Below the pieces are notes generated by a model. It was not told the origin of the DNA and ran no database searches. It saw only the letters and a list, made by a program, of their open reading frames with translations. A stretch of DNA of 26,235 nt, taken from positions 1 through 26,235 of IMG/VR virus record IMGVR_UViG_3300011334_000332. The stretch is one strand, 5' to 3'. Shown in pieces: positions 8,125-17,793 of this stretch (positions are counted from its first letter, which is position 1; each line of letters opens with the position of its first letter). A program made the position numbers and the translations under genes. This DNA is from a virus (Duplodnaviria > Caudoviricetes).

Positions 8125-9698
8125 CAGTAGCACAACTCAATGTAAAGCTCGGCGTTGATGGTATAGGGCAGGTCAAATCTGCCCTATCACAAACTAAAGT
8201 TGCGCTACAGCAAACAGCCGCAGCCGCATCATCAATGGGAACCGCACTAGGCGGCATTGTCATTGCTGGTGGTGTTGCTGGATTCGGGATGCTTGGTAAG
8301 TCTGCATTTGATGCAGCTGTATCTTTTGAGTCTTTGACATCACGATTGACTGCTATTACTGGTAGCGGTCAAAAAGCGGCACAAGTTCTTGATATGGTTC
8401 GCAAAGTTGCTGGGCCATCACCATTCACATTTAGTCAACTTGCAGAACTTGCTGTTGGATTAGAGGCGGCTGGTGGACAAACTAATGCTTTGCTTCCACG
8501 GCTAGCAAACCTTGGAGCTGCCTTTGGTGCAGATGAAGAAAAACTTAAATCCCTTTTGAATATGTTTCAGAAGTTCAAGGCTGGAATGCTTCCAGACACT
8601 GAACAACTTTCAATGTTTGGGATGAGCCGCACAGACTTTGCTAAAAGAGGTATTAAGTTTGATACTGGAGGTGCGCTTGAGCAAGGTCAAGAGATGAAGG
8701 TATTTGAAGCATTCATCAATATCATTGACACAAAATATAGCGGGATGCTCAAGAAGCTTGAGAATGATACAGCCACAAAGGTTGCGTCACTAGCCGATGC
8801 ATGGGAAAGCGGTCTACGTGTAATCGGTCAAAAGATGATAACCATCTTGACACCGTACATCAAATATGCAACTGACTTTATTGGTCGCATGATTGACAGT
8901 AATGTACTTGCAGACCTAACCGAAAAGTTTTTCAAGCCGATGACCGAGTTTACGCAAGGCTTTACCGACGGCAATGTACAGAAGAGTGTGGATAAACTTT
9001 TAGCATCTATCTTAGCCGTTGGTGCTTCTATCCCGGAAATCATCTCAGCCACATTTAAAAACATTGGCACGATGCTCCAGAACTTTATAGAGAATCTCAA
9101 TGCATCGTTCGGTCGTTTGAATCCTGCACAAGCTGCACAGGGACATATGCTCATCGATCAGATGAAAACCGCATATATCTATGGACAAATAAGCAAGAAG
9201 CAGTTAGACGAATCCAGAGCTGCTATTGAACGACAATACGGATTCAAGGCTACTGGAAACATTATGGAAGGGGTGGATTTCGGTAAGCCATTTGTTGATA
9301 CAAAAACTTTTGCAGAACAAATCCTAGCGAAGATGCAAGGTGCTAAAGCACCAGAAACAGGTAGTGTACCTGAACCATTCGGGCCTTATTTCAAACCGGG
9401 AGAAGAACCGGGTATGGGTGGTACTAGTGCAGGTGAAACGGGTGATTTACTTCTCCGCATTGCAAACAACACGCAAGAGACCGCAGACGCTTTGACCCTA
9501 CGGCGTGAGACTTTAGGCGGTGGGGCGATGGGTGCCATAGGCTTGACCGGTGCTGAGGTTGGGGCGGTAAACGCCTCCTACGGTAGGTTCGGTAACGGCT
9601 TGATTCCAGCAGGTACTGACCTTGAAAGAGCTATGCGTAGACTTATCCGAGATGAAGGTAGACGCAACGGTCAACCCGGCATAATGGGGCGGTTCTGA
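8121..9698 (+). CDS. Tape measure protein
   Basis: LNVKLGVD start; FESLTSRLTAITGS..SPFTFSQL N-terminal tape-measure domain; helical, A/G-rich; canonical position. Confidence 0.9.
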   Translation: MTVAQLNVKLGVDGIGQVKSALSQTKVALQQTAAAASSMGTALGGIVIAGGVAGFGMLGKSAFDAAVSFESLTSRLTAITGSGQKAAQVLDMVRKVAGPSPFTFSQLAELAVGLEAAGGQTNALLPRLANLGAAFGADEEKLKSLLNMFQKFKAGMLPDTEQLSMFGMSRTDFAKRGIKFDTGGALEQGQEMKVFEAFINIIDTKYSGMLKKLENDTATKVASLADAWESGLRVIGQKMITILTPYIKYATDFIGRMIDSNVLADLTEKFFKPMTEFTQGFTDGNVQKSVDKLLASILAVGASIPEIISATFKNIGTMLQNFIENLNASFGRLNPAQAAQGHMLIDQMKTAYIYGQISKKQLDESRAAIERQYGFKATGNIMEGVDFGKPFVDTKTFAEQILAKMQGAKAPETGSVPEPFGPYFKPGEEPGMGGTSAGETGDLLLRIANNTQETADALTLRRETLGGGAMGAIGLTGAEVGAVNASYGRFGNGLIPAGTDLERAMRRLIRDEGRRNGQPGIMGRF

Positions 9699-11932
9699 TG
9701 GCTAACATTCACCCGCTACTGGTGCAGTTCGATGTACCTGAGCCACGCCCACAGTTCGGTCGATTGATGGTTCCGCTAGATGGAACCAAGGTAGACCTAA
9801 CCAACTCTAACAACATCTGGCAAGACCCTGCCACGCTCACGATGATGCTTGCCCCGCTACCGGTTACACCGGCATGGCGTACGACTTACAGCGGATCCTA
9901 CGCAAGGTACCAAAAAACCGACTACACCTTGACAACTGCAGCTAAGTGGAAGCAAATGCAGATTCGGGCATCCGGTGACTACTACCTGCAATCCTTGGAC
10001 GTTACCGAGCGGGCTACGCTTACAACTGCCTTCAGCGCAAACCAGCCGGTCTACCTAAGCCTTTACGTTCCTGGACTGAAGGACACCGACAAATCTATTA
10101 TCCTAAAAGCCGGATGGGGTGTCGGGTCTGCTGGAAGTGTTGAAGTTTGGTTTGCCGCTAACGGCTCTGCTCAGGTGTACAAGTCTGGGGTACTGGTTGG
10201 AAGTTATGACCGAGGGGACGCGAACATTGCTCCTGCGGTAGGCACCACTGCAAGTAAATCAAACCGCTCTGATTTCATCAGCATAATGATGATTCCCGCT
10301 AGACGGCGGGAGCTGATTGTAGCAACATCAAACGGCACACACTTTAGCCATGTCTTTAGTGACCTAAGCGCAAGCACGAGTAACACCATCGTTCCCGCTG
10401 CGGCGTTTAGTTGGTTGGTACCTTCTGGTCAAGCCACGGTGCAGCTCGCTAAGTGTGCTTTTGAATCATCCGGCTACATTCTTTCCAACGTTAAGAGTCT
10501 GAGATATCCGCCTCCAACCGGTGCCACTTTCAACCATACCTACGCGCAAGACTCAATCGGCATTGGTGCTGTTACTTCCAATGTAACGCTGGTCAAAGCA
10601 GACGGCACGACATACACGCCTAATGGTGTCATCAAAGACGTAAGGGCAAAGGTAACACTTACCGGAGCAGGCACAGGCACCAACGGTGTGTACTCGGTTG
10701 AAGCGGTCTACGATGCTCCGGTATCTGCCACCTATGATGGCACCGTGGATGTTACCCAGTACATAAAGTCACTGAGCATAAGCGTAGATGAAGACGGCAA
10801 AGCAAGCTGCAACATTGGCGCTATTGCGAAGGCTTTGGTGGATGCTGGAGTAGAACAACCGGACGTAACCTCAGACCGACCGGTTAGGATTGCCCTAAGC
10901 GATGGGGCTACACCGACACCAACATATCAAGACATCTTCCGGGGTACGCTTCAACCTCCAAAGATTGAATATTTAGATCGCGATACAACTTATAACTGGG
11001 CAACCTATGTCTACCAAGGCACCGATCGTAGCGGAGACTTTGACCTTGCTTGGTTGGTTGAATCTTACCCATACGATGGCATCACGGCTGGTAACGCTAT
11101 CCTTGACCTGATGAAAATCGCTGGCTACGATGATTCGGTAACGCCTTACTTTGGTGGTGACTTCCCCGATCAAGAGCTGCCGTATACAACCAACATAAGC
11201 AAGGGACAGTACAGCCTTGCTCCTGATTACGGCGATACGGTGCAGTCTTACCTAGATAAAATCAAGCAGGAGTACTACGCTACTTGGATAACCGGATGGA
11301 TGCCGACCGCTTCCGGTTACTACTACCAGTGGCTCAATGTGAACGCGGCTAGCACCGCTTCAACGATGACGCTCTACCAAAGCATCGCGGCGGCAACCAC
11401 GGCGGGAGTGACTGAAGTACTACGACCACAAAGGGTAATCCGTACACTCAACTCTTACTACGAGCAGCCTGAATGTACTCAGGTAACGGTCATCGGTCAA
11501 GACCCTAACACCGGTTTATTCATCCCGTATACGCAGATAGATGCAGCAGCAGAGGATGCTGACACACCACCGGCAACACGCCCAAGGAACTGGCGGGGCA
11601 GACCGGTCTGCTATCAGTATCGTGACCCGGCTTTGAATACCTTGGATGCGGTTACGGCTGCCTGCTTGATGCTTTATAGCCGCTTGACTCCCGGTAGAAC
11701 AATGATCGAGTTTGACGCGACATTCTTGGTTTACAACAACTCAAACCGACCGGTCTGGCTTGGTGATGTAATCAAGCTCATGGACACGGACGGGGTAGCC
11801 GTGCTTGGCAACTACCGGATTATCGCCATCCCACAGATAGAGTTCGTGCAGGAGAACACGCCCGGCAGTAGCACCTTGTTCAATGTACGGCGGGCATCCT
11901 ACCGGGCTGTTTATGTGAGCGCAGGAACTTAG
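9698..11932 (+). CDS. Minor tail / baseplate hub-like protein
   Basis: 744 aa directly after tape measure; C-terminal half (DVTQYIKSLSISVD..DIFRGTL..LGDVIKL) resembles hub proteins. Confidence 0.6.
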   Translation: MANIHPLLVQFDVPEPRPQFGRLMVPLDGTKVDLTNSNNIWQDPATLTMMLAPLPVTPAWRTTYSGSYARYQKTDYTLTTAAKWKQMQIRASGDYYLQSLDVTERATLTTAFSANQPVYLSLYVPGLKDTDKSIILKAGWGVGSAGSVEVWFAANGSAQVYKSGVLVGSYDRGDANIAPAVGTTASKSNRSDFISIMMIPARRRELIVATSNGTHFSHVFSDLSASTSNTIVPAAAFSWLVPSGQATVQLAKCAFESSGYILSNVKSLRYPPPTGATFNHTYAQDSIGIGAVTSNVTLVKADGTTYTPNGVIKDVRAKVTLTGAGTGTNGVYSVEAVYDAPVSATYDGTVDVTQYIKSLSISVDEDGKASCNIGAIAKALVDAGVEQPDVTSDRPVRIALSDGATPTPTYQDIFRGTLQPPKIEYLDRDTTYNWATYVYQGTDRSGDFDLAWLVESYPYDGITAGNAILDLMKIAGYDDSVTPYFGGDFPDQELPYTTNISKGQYSLAPDYGDTVQSYLDKIKQEYYATWITGWMPTASGYYYQWLNVNAASTASTMTLYQSIAAATTAGVTEVLRPQRVIRTLNSYYEQPECTQVTVIGQDPNTGLFIPYTQIDAAAEDADTPPATRPRNWRGRPVCYQYRDPALNTLDAVTAACLMLYSRLTPGRTMIEFDATFLVYNNSNRPVWLGDVIKLMDTDGVAVLGNYRIIAIPQIEFVQENTPGSSTLFNVRRASYRAVYVSAGT

Positions 11933-11934
11933 GT

Positions 11935-14844
11935 ATGCCATATCTTGACGTTAGCAGAACTGCGACAAGTACAGCAGATATCAGCATCGGTTGGGAATGG
12001 ACTGTTTACCCTTCTAACTTGGTTCCTTTTGTGCTGAAGGTTGGAAAAGTTGATGGTTCCATAGGCGGTCACATGGGTTGGTCTGGAACATGGTCAATGA
12101 GTATGACCAATACAGTTAGAAGCCGTCCAGGGAATCCATGGTCGTATCAAATACTTTTGTCGGTCAGTGTAGCAAACGGCAACGGGCAAACAGCAAGTAA
12201 TACTATTGTGGTTGCGTCCGGTACTCCCACTGTTGATTACCTTGATCTGTCAGGGACGATTACAGGTAGTTGGTCGGCAAGTGTAGCCACTAATATTCTT
12301 TGGAACGTCACCGAAGCGGCATATTCCATAAGCTCGGCACCGACGCAGTTCCCACCGTACACAACCTATGAGGTATACGAGCAAGCAAAACCATCGGCTA
12401 CTTGTACCGCTACTTTGACCCTTGCAGGAACCTCCACAACGGCAACAGGGACAGTTGGAGCAGGTGGTGGGACAACTGCCACCCATGACTTTACGGCTGG
12501 TCTACAACAGACCTGCGAAGATACGGCCACGGCTTCAGCATCGATTACAAATATCAGGGTGAACGGAGTTGCTCCATATCAGGCTACACACTCGCATTCT
12601 TACAGTAGTCAAACTGCCGGAAACTGGTCAACAAGCGGGACATCAAGCGCAACTGAACAGACTACGGTTAACTTGACATCATCGGCACGGTTAGCCGCTG
12701 AGGTGAGTATTGCTGGCAGGATACGAGCATGGGAGGGAGCATATCCCGATAACCTTGATGTTTTCGTTACCGGCTACGATGGCGGCATACGGACGATTAT
12801 CAGTAGCGGTGGGTCATATGGTGGTCAGGATACTTTTGTTAAATACTCGTTTGTTTCAACCATTGTTACAAATGCCGGAAGCAACACGTTAACAACTGCA
12901 CTAAATGATGTCCCGGCTTATATCTCCGCTCAGCTCTCAAGCCTTGGACTAATAGCCAACGGAGACTACTCAGCAGATACACGTGTGATGTTCCGGGGCT
13001 TTCGCTTCAACGGTTGGAGTATCGCAGAAACGAACAACCGTTCTATCGCTGGCACTGGTAACGACCGGCTTTATGCACCCTATGAAGGGATGTCAGGCTA
13101 TCGCTACCTCGCCATCCAAATCAAAGCACAAAGCGGCACCAACCAGAGCGGTTACATCGAACTGACCGATTACCACGGCAACACCAAACGCTGGCAGGTT
13201 GTGGCTCCTACGACCTCCTACAGCACAATTACCCTTGACCTTTGCAGCCCTGACATTTGGAGCCTTGGAGCCTTACCGGCAACCGATGATAAGGACAACC
13301 CTTACCCTAGGAAGAACACCGCATCAAGCAGCTTTGCAGGTTCGGAATCCGTAGACTCGGCTTACTGGGGAGTGACATCGTGTCAAAGGCTCAGGGTGTC
13401 TAGCGGATCCATTGACATAGGCACAACCACGCTGACCTACACCAACACGGACAGTACCTATGTGCCGGATACCTTCACCGCTCAGTTTGAACGCATCACG
13501 CCTGCCATTGTTGCAGAGGTAGACACAACTACCTATTACTACGGCAGAAGATTCTGGCAACAAGACCGCGATGGCAGGACTGAAGAAGAATCCGATGTCT
13601 GGTGGCAGATGACCGTAGGCGGTGCAACCGGAGTGACTTCATACAGCGTTGACCCGGTAACAATCAGCGAGCTGGTGGCACAGGTAAACATCTCCGATAA
13701 CAGTATTGTCAGGCATCCTGGCTGGACTGCAACCAACTCTGTAGCCTACCCGGCGGGTGCTACCTGCTCCGCTTCACAACCACCGCTCAGGGATTGTTTC
13801 CTCAATGGCGTTACCGGCTACTCTACTTGGCTTTATGGTGGCGGTATCCTTGCAACCCCACACGCTACAACGGGCACAGAGTTCGCATACGGGCATCAGA
13901 AGGCAGCGGGTACCATTACCGCTCAAACGCTCTTCGATCGCATCAATGGCAACTTCCCGCCCGACTTGTACGATCCTTTCGACATCAATGGCGGCACGGA
14001 TGCGGCGCTCTACTTGGCTGGTGGTTCCCTGCTCCGTGGCATCGCTCACGGTGCCATCTTGGACAGCGCCGGTGACCCAGCAGGAACCGGTACGGTTGAC
14101 CTCTTACTTGCTACCACGAGCGCCAACCGGGGGACAGATTCCACGCTGGATGCCGAAGGACGCTACTACACAAGCACTCCCTGGGGACTAGGTGAAAGCA
14201 ATCATGATGTCATCCAAGGCACTAACAACGTTGGCTTAGATCCGCTTCACACTAGCCACCGCTTCCGCGCTTGGTTCCGCAGCTTGACGGCGGCAGGTGG
14301 ATGCCTGGCGGTTGACGTAGCCCCTAACCAGCGGCTCTGTTATGCCAATGTGGAATCACATACAGTAAGGCTTCACTTTGCCGATGGCCCTAACGCTTCC
14401 AACTTTGTTGAAGTGATAACCGGCATTACCGAGGTTGATTGCGTAGCGATTGCCTATGACCCTACGAGCGCCTCAGGTAGGCTTTACATCTTGGTCGAGA
14501 AGCAATCAGGTGGTGGGATAGATTCCTACTACACCGACGATGAAGGGGCAACGGTAAGTATGGCAACAGTAGTAAGTGCCGCAGGCACACACGTAAGCGT
14601 AGCAATCAACCCAATGGGCAAGCGCATCGTGGCCTTCCGGCATACCGGCAATGACCTCCACAGGGTCATCTATGACCCACAGGGCAACGTAATCACGGCA
14701 AGCAGTGCGGTGGTAGCAAGCGGTGTAGATAACGATCAGACGGCTATATCTTGGAGGCTTGGTAACTGGTATTTGTACTATCACCACACGACTAACGGCA
14801 TCACGCAGCTGGTAAGTGTGGATGATGGCGAGACTTGGTCTTAA
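11935..14844 (+). CDS. Large tail tip / receptor-binding protein
   Basis: 969 aa, T/S/G-rich beta structure; Asp-box-like motifs near the C-terminus (YTDDEGAT, SVDDGETW) suggest a beta-propeller. Confidence 0.6.
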   Translation: MPYLDVSRTATSTADISIGWEWTVYPSNLVPFVLKVGKVDGSIGGHMGWSGTWSMSMTNTVRSRPGNPWSYQILLSVSVANGNGQTASNTIVVASGTPTVDYLDLSGTITGSWSASVATNILWNVTEAAYSISSAPTQFPPYTTYEVYEQAKPSATCTATLTLAGTSTTATGTVGAGGGTTATHDFTAGLQQTCEDTATASASITNIRVNGVAPYQATHSHSYSSQTAGNWSTSGTSSATEQTTVNLTSSARLAAEVSIAGRIRAWEGAYPDNLDVFVTGYDGGIRTIISSGGSYGGQDTFVKYSFVSTIVTNAGSNTLTTALNDVPAYISAQLSSLGLIANGDYSADTRVMFRGFRFNGWSIAETNNRSIAGTGNDRLYAPYEGMSGYRYLAIQIKAQSGTNQSGYIELTDYHGNTKRWQVVAPTTSYSTITLDLCSPDIWSLGALPATDDKDNPYPRKNTASSSFAGSESVDSAYWGVTSCQRLRVSSGSIDIGTTTLTYTNTDSTYVPDTFTAQFERITPAIVAEVDTTTYYYGRRFWQQDRDGRTEEESDVWWQMTVGGATGVTSYSVDPVTISELVAQVNISDNSIVRHPGWTATNSVAYPAGATCSASQPPLRDCFLNGVTGYSTWLYGGGILATPHATTGTEFAYGHQKAAGTITAQTLFDRINGNFPPDLYDPFDINGGTDAALYLAGGSLLRGIAHGAILDSAGDPAGTGTVDLLLATTSANRGTDSTLDAEGRYYTSTPWGLGESNHDVIQGTNNVGLDPLHTSHRFRAWFRSLTAAGGCLAVDVAPNQRLCYANVESHTVRLHFADGPNASNFVEVITGITEVDCVAIAYDPTSASGRLYILVEKQSGGGIDSYYTDDEGATVSMATVVSAAGTHVSVAINPMGKRIVAFRHTGNDLHRVIYDPQGNVITASSAVVASGVDNDQTAISWRLGNWYLYYHHTTNGITQLVSVDDGETWS

Positions 14845-14913
14845 AAAAAGGCGGTGGGCGGCGAAGATGCAGTTGGGAGACCGCCCACCTAGTCAGGGAG
14901 ATAAGGACTGACA
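14843..14913 (-). ncRNA. Candidate small RNA: two hairpins with anti-SD loops and a U7 terminator
   Basis: Minus strand reads GUCAG-UCCUUAUCUCC-CUGAC UA GGUGGGCGG-(19 nt loop starting UCUCCCAAC)-CCGCCCACC GCC U7, preceded by TGA-TATATT (14927-14919). Confidence 0.5.
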
Positions 14914-14926
14914 GAGGAAATATATC

Positions 14927-15463
14927 ATGTTAAGACCTATCGCTTTACGTGCAGCTAAAGAAGCCATCGACAACGTCGGTGTACAAGAGACTGGAGACAA
15001 CCGAGGCAAGGCAGTTGAGACGTACCAAGCATCCTGCATCCCTGCTATGCCTCCCGGTAGCCCTTGGTGTGCCGCCTTTGTTGTGTACCGTCTCCGCAAT
15101 GCCGCTCATGACTTAGCCCTTGAGATACCAGCAGACTGGCCACGCTCTGGATATTGTCCCGATCATGGCAACTGGGCTCGAAGAACAAAGAACTGGTTAT
15201 CGGTGAAGGATGCGGAAGCAGACCCGTCAAAGGTTCGCATCGGTGATTTGATTTGCTTCTGGTTTGCTCCGCTGAATCGTCTCGCTCATATCGGCATCGT
15301 GACTGGTGTTTACCCTTGGGGTGTCAAGACCGTTGAAGGTAACACGTCCCCAGAGATGGATGATGAGGATGGTGTGGAGCGTAACGGGGGTGGTGTCTAT
15401 CGCAAAGCCAGAGCATGGCGAGAGCTTGGAAGTAACGGCGGCTTTGTACACATAGACTGGTAG
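14927..15463 (+). CDS. Endolysin, CHAP / NlpC-P60-superfamily peptidase-amidase
   Basis: PWCAAFV (catalytic Cys), GDLICF, HIGIV (His), KTVEGNT; no separate cell-wall binding domain. Confidence 0.88.
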   Translation: MLRPIALRAAKEAIDNVGVQETGDNRGKAVETYQASCIPAMPPGSPWCAAFVVYRLRNAAHDLALEIPADWPRSGYCPDHGNWARRTKNWLSVKDAEADPSKVRIGDLICFWFAPLNRLAHIGIVTGVYPWGVKTVEGNTSPEMDDEDGVERNGGGVYRKARAWRELGSNGGFVHIDW

Positions 15464-15466
15464 ACG

Positions 15467-15496
15467 AAAAAAGACCCGATGTTTTAGATCGGGTCT
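15467..15496 (-). terminator. Intrinsic terminator of the leftward operon (possibly bidirectional)
   Basis: AGACCCGAT-7 nt-ATCGGGTCT with an A6 tract on the left, between convergent genes. Confidence 0.8.
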
Positions 15497-15546
15497 CCTT
15501 CCATCAGTTCAGCATCCAATAGTTGTTTTGGTTTCCCTTGCGGGTA

Positions 15547-15870
15547 CTACATTCTATCCTGTTGCTCGTTTAGTATTTGCAGATGTCTAACGTAGGCTTT
15601 GAGTATGGAGTTGATTTCTTTCAACTCTGCAATCTGCTGTATAGCCTCACACCACTTAGCCTGCCAGTCAATGCCGGGTTGCTCCGGCTCATCTTGCCTT
15701 TGTGGTTGAACCGTCATGGTTACAAGCGATTGTTGATATCGGTTGTATATCTTTGAAACTGTGCAGGCATTCACGCCAAGCACTTCCGATATCTTCTTTG
15801 GTGTATGCCCATCAGTTCTCATTTGAATGATGGCTTTACGTGTCTGCTCTGCTAAATGTTTTGCGCCCAT
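15547..15870 (-). CDS. HTH DNA-binding protein with C-terminal coiled coil
   Basis: GHTPKKISEVLGVNACTVSKIY helix-turn-helix; SD GGAG. Confidence 0.75.
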   Translation of the reverse strand: MGAKHLAEQTRKAIIQMRTDGHTPKKISEVLGVNACTVSKIYNRYQQSLVTMTVQPQRQDEPEQPGIDWQAKWCEAIQQIAELKEINSILKAYVRHLQILNEQQDRM

Positions 15871-15880
15871 TGTTTATCTC

Positions 15881-16447
15881 CTATACCGTCTTGATGGTTA
15901 CTGCTTGCGCTTCCGGATGAACCACAAAACCAGCCATCAGCGCATCCGCTGGATGCTCAAGCATGGCGCTCTTGATTGGCTCCGGAAGTTGGCTAACCAA
16001 GATGGATTCCTTTATCTTGATGGCAGCCGGGCAGTTCTTTCGCGCCCATGCCAAGGCTACATCTTCAGACTCAACGGCAACCCTTGGGGCTATGGTTCTA
16101 AAGCCGACCGTACCGAATGGACACGTCCAGGTCTTACCCTTCAGGCTTCCGTCTGCCTTGCGCGGTAGTTGGCTCATGGCGTAGTCCTGCAGCTGGGCAT
16201 TGTACTGAGACTCCAACCACTCAAGCCTAGCCTGATGCTTGCCGATAAGTTTACGGAAGTTCTCAACGATGGCATCCATCTTGGCTTTTTCTGCCATGAT
16301 GGCTGCCTCGATGTCCATGCGCTTCCGCATGACCAACAGCGCAAGGTCTTCCGGGCTTTCGTTACCCTTGATCCAACCGGAAGCAGGCCCGGCATACTCG
16401 CCGGTCTCCTCGTCCCACAGCTCGCCGTCGATTACATCAAATCCCAT
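15881..16447 (-). CDS. Gam-like host-nuclease inhibitor (Mu Gam / Gp157-like)
   Basis: Long coiled coil then KTWTCPFGTVGFR; adjacent to ERF recombinase; SD GGAGG. Confidence 0.7.
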   Translation of the reverse strand: MGFDVIDGELWDEETGEYAGPASGWIKGNESPEDLALLVMRKRMDIEAAIMAEKAKMDAIVENFRKLIGKHQARLEWLESQYNAQLQDYAMSQLPRKADGSLKGKTWTCPFGTVGFRTIAPRVAVESEDVALAWARKNCPAAIKIKESILVSQLPEPIKSAMLEHPADALMAGFVVHPEAQAVTIKTV

Positions 16448-16938
16448 TATTTATTTCCTCCCAGTGGTCTACCCGGTGCTGGTCTTACCGGCTCACCGAT
16501 TACAATATTGCCCTGTGGGCCTCTACGGTAGCCATCCTGAGGCGTTACCGCTCCGTTGGCATCATCATCCTCATCTGCCGATATAGCGAGCAGGGCGGAC
16601 ACGGAATATCTACGGCCATAGGTAAGAGCTGAGCCAAGCCCGTGAGCATCCGGCTTGGTTACCGGGATGGTTACCGTGGTTGCGATCCATTCACCGCTTG
16701 TATGGATGATGCGCGATTCCACGGTTACAGCCTGCATGGTCTCAGGTTGCTGGCTACCCTGCGTAAGCATCAGCCCGTTAGATGTAAGGATAGGGCGCAA
16801 AGTGTCAAGGATGCTGTCAAGCGTCACATACTTGGAGCGGAAGGCAGGGTTCTTGCCCTCCTTGGTGATGCCCTGCATTTGGCTTTGTGCCTTGATGAGT
16901 GAAGGGGCGATAGCCCCTATTGTTTCCGATGTTGTCAT
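16447..16938 (-). CDS. erf: ERF-family single-strand annealing protein
   Basis: NPAFRSKYVTLDSI and the GSALTYGRRY..DEDDDA signature. Confidence 0.92.
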   Translation of the reverse strand: MTTSETIGAIAPSLIKAQSQMQGITKEGKNPAFRSKYVTLDSILDTLRPILTSNGLMLTQGSQQPETMQAVTVESRIIHTSGEWIATTVTIPVTKPDAHGLGSALTYGRRYSVSALLAISADEDDDANGAVTPQDGYRRGPQGNIVIGEPVRPAPGRPLGGNK

Positions 16939-16939
16939 T

Positions 16940-17203
16940 CTAAATCTCTTCTCCCATACTTTCGTTTACGTACTGAATGTGCTTGATTACTTCAACCCTG
17001 TTGTCTAGATCAATGCCGCCGTCATCTTCAAAGTGTTTTGCCAGCTCGCTGTCTCGGTTGCTCATGATGTAGTCTGCTGTCTCTTCATGCTTCATCGCAA
17101 AGACCGAACCGCACTTGTAACCGCGGCCACCATCAGAGTAATAATCAACCCTGCCGAGTAGGTTGGTTGGTATGTAAACACCAAGCCAGTCATCTGCGCT
17201 CAT
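16940..17203 (-). CDS. Hypothetical protein
   Basis: 87 aa, SD GGGAG, tightly packed in the operon. Confidence 0.75.
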   Translation of the reverse strand: MSADDWLGVYIPTNLLGRVDYYSDGGRGYKCGSVFAMKHEETADYIMSNRDSELAKHFEDDGGIDLDNRVEVIKHIQYVNESMGEEI

Positions 17204-17204
17204 A

Positions 17205-17450
17205 CTATTCTCCCGTTACGTGGTTGGATGCGTCGGCGTTGTAGTCGTCCTGATCTTCAATAATGATGCAGACTTCACCGTTACCGAAGATGATAGTAGA
17301 ACCGCTGATGCGGATATTGTCGCGTGTCATCTGGATTGCCTCGATGGCTTCAATGTCATCGATGTCGTGTTGACCTGATGGGCTGTGCAGCTGAAGGATT
17401 GCACCTTCCGCCGTCATCTGCTCAACCATCTTGATCGCTTGTTCTTTCAT
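17205..17450 (-). CDS. Hypothetical protein (first gene of the leftward operon)
   Basis: 81 aa acidic ORF, SD AGGAG, downstream of a consensus promoter. Confidence 0.75.
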   Translation of the reverse strand: MKEQAIKMVEQMTAEGAILQLHSPSGQHDIDDIEAIEAIQMTRDNIRISGSTIIFGNGEVCIIIEDQDDYNADASNHVTGE

Positions 17451-17482
17451 CTCTTATCTCCTGTACCCCGTGGTACATCACT

Positions 17483-17510
17483 ATTATACACACTAGATAT
17501 ATAATGTCAA
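17483..17510 (-). promoter_or_regulatory. Leftward sigma70 promoter
   Basis: Minus strand TTGACA (17510-17505), 16 nt spacer, TATAAT (17488-17483). Confidence 0.85.
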
Positions 17511-17514
17511 ACAC

Positions 17515-17545
17515 TTGACAGGCTATTATATATATATGGTATATA
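17515..17545 (+). promoter_or_regulatory. Rightward promoter, probably giving a leaderless mRNA for the XRE gene
   Basis: TTGACA at 17515-17520; TGG-TATATA at 17537-17545; ATG at 17552 with no SD. Confidence 0.6.
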
Positions 17546-17551
17546 GATTCC

Positions 17552-17773
17552 ATGATTAGAGGATTGAGCCAGCAAGAACTGGCTAAACGTATCGGTGCAA
17601 CTCAGCCGCAGGTATCCGACTGGATGTGCGGCAAGAAGACACCTAACGCCGGGAACCTGACTAAGCTCGCTGAAGCCATGGATATGGCGGAAGAAGACTT
17701 GGCGCGGTTGCTTACCATTCGCCGAAAGAGTCGGATCAAACCGACCACTGAAACTGAAACATTCGACAACTAA
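17552..17773 (+). CDS. XRE / Cro-like HTH regulator
   Basis: GLSQQELAKRIGATQPQVSDWMCGKKTP..LTKLAEAM. Confidence 0.92.
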   Translation: MIRGLSQQELAKRIGATQPQVSDWMCGKKTPNAGNLTKLAEAMDMAEEDLARLLTIRRKSRIKPTTETETFDN

Positions 17774-17793
17774 AGGTTAGGGAGAAAAAGACG

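Noticed and set aside
3704-14844. Diversity-generating retroelement acting on fibre genes
   Set aside because: No reverse transcriptase is present and I noticed no template/variable repeat pair.
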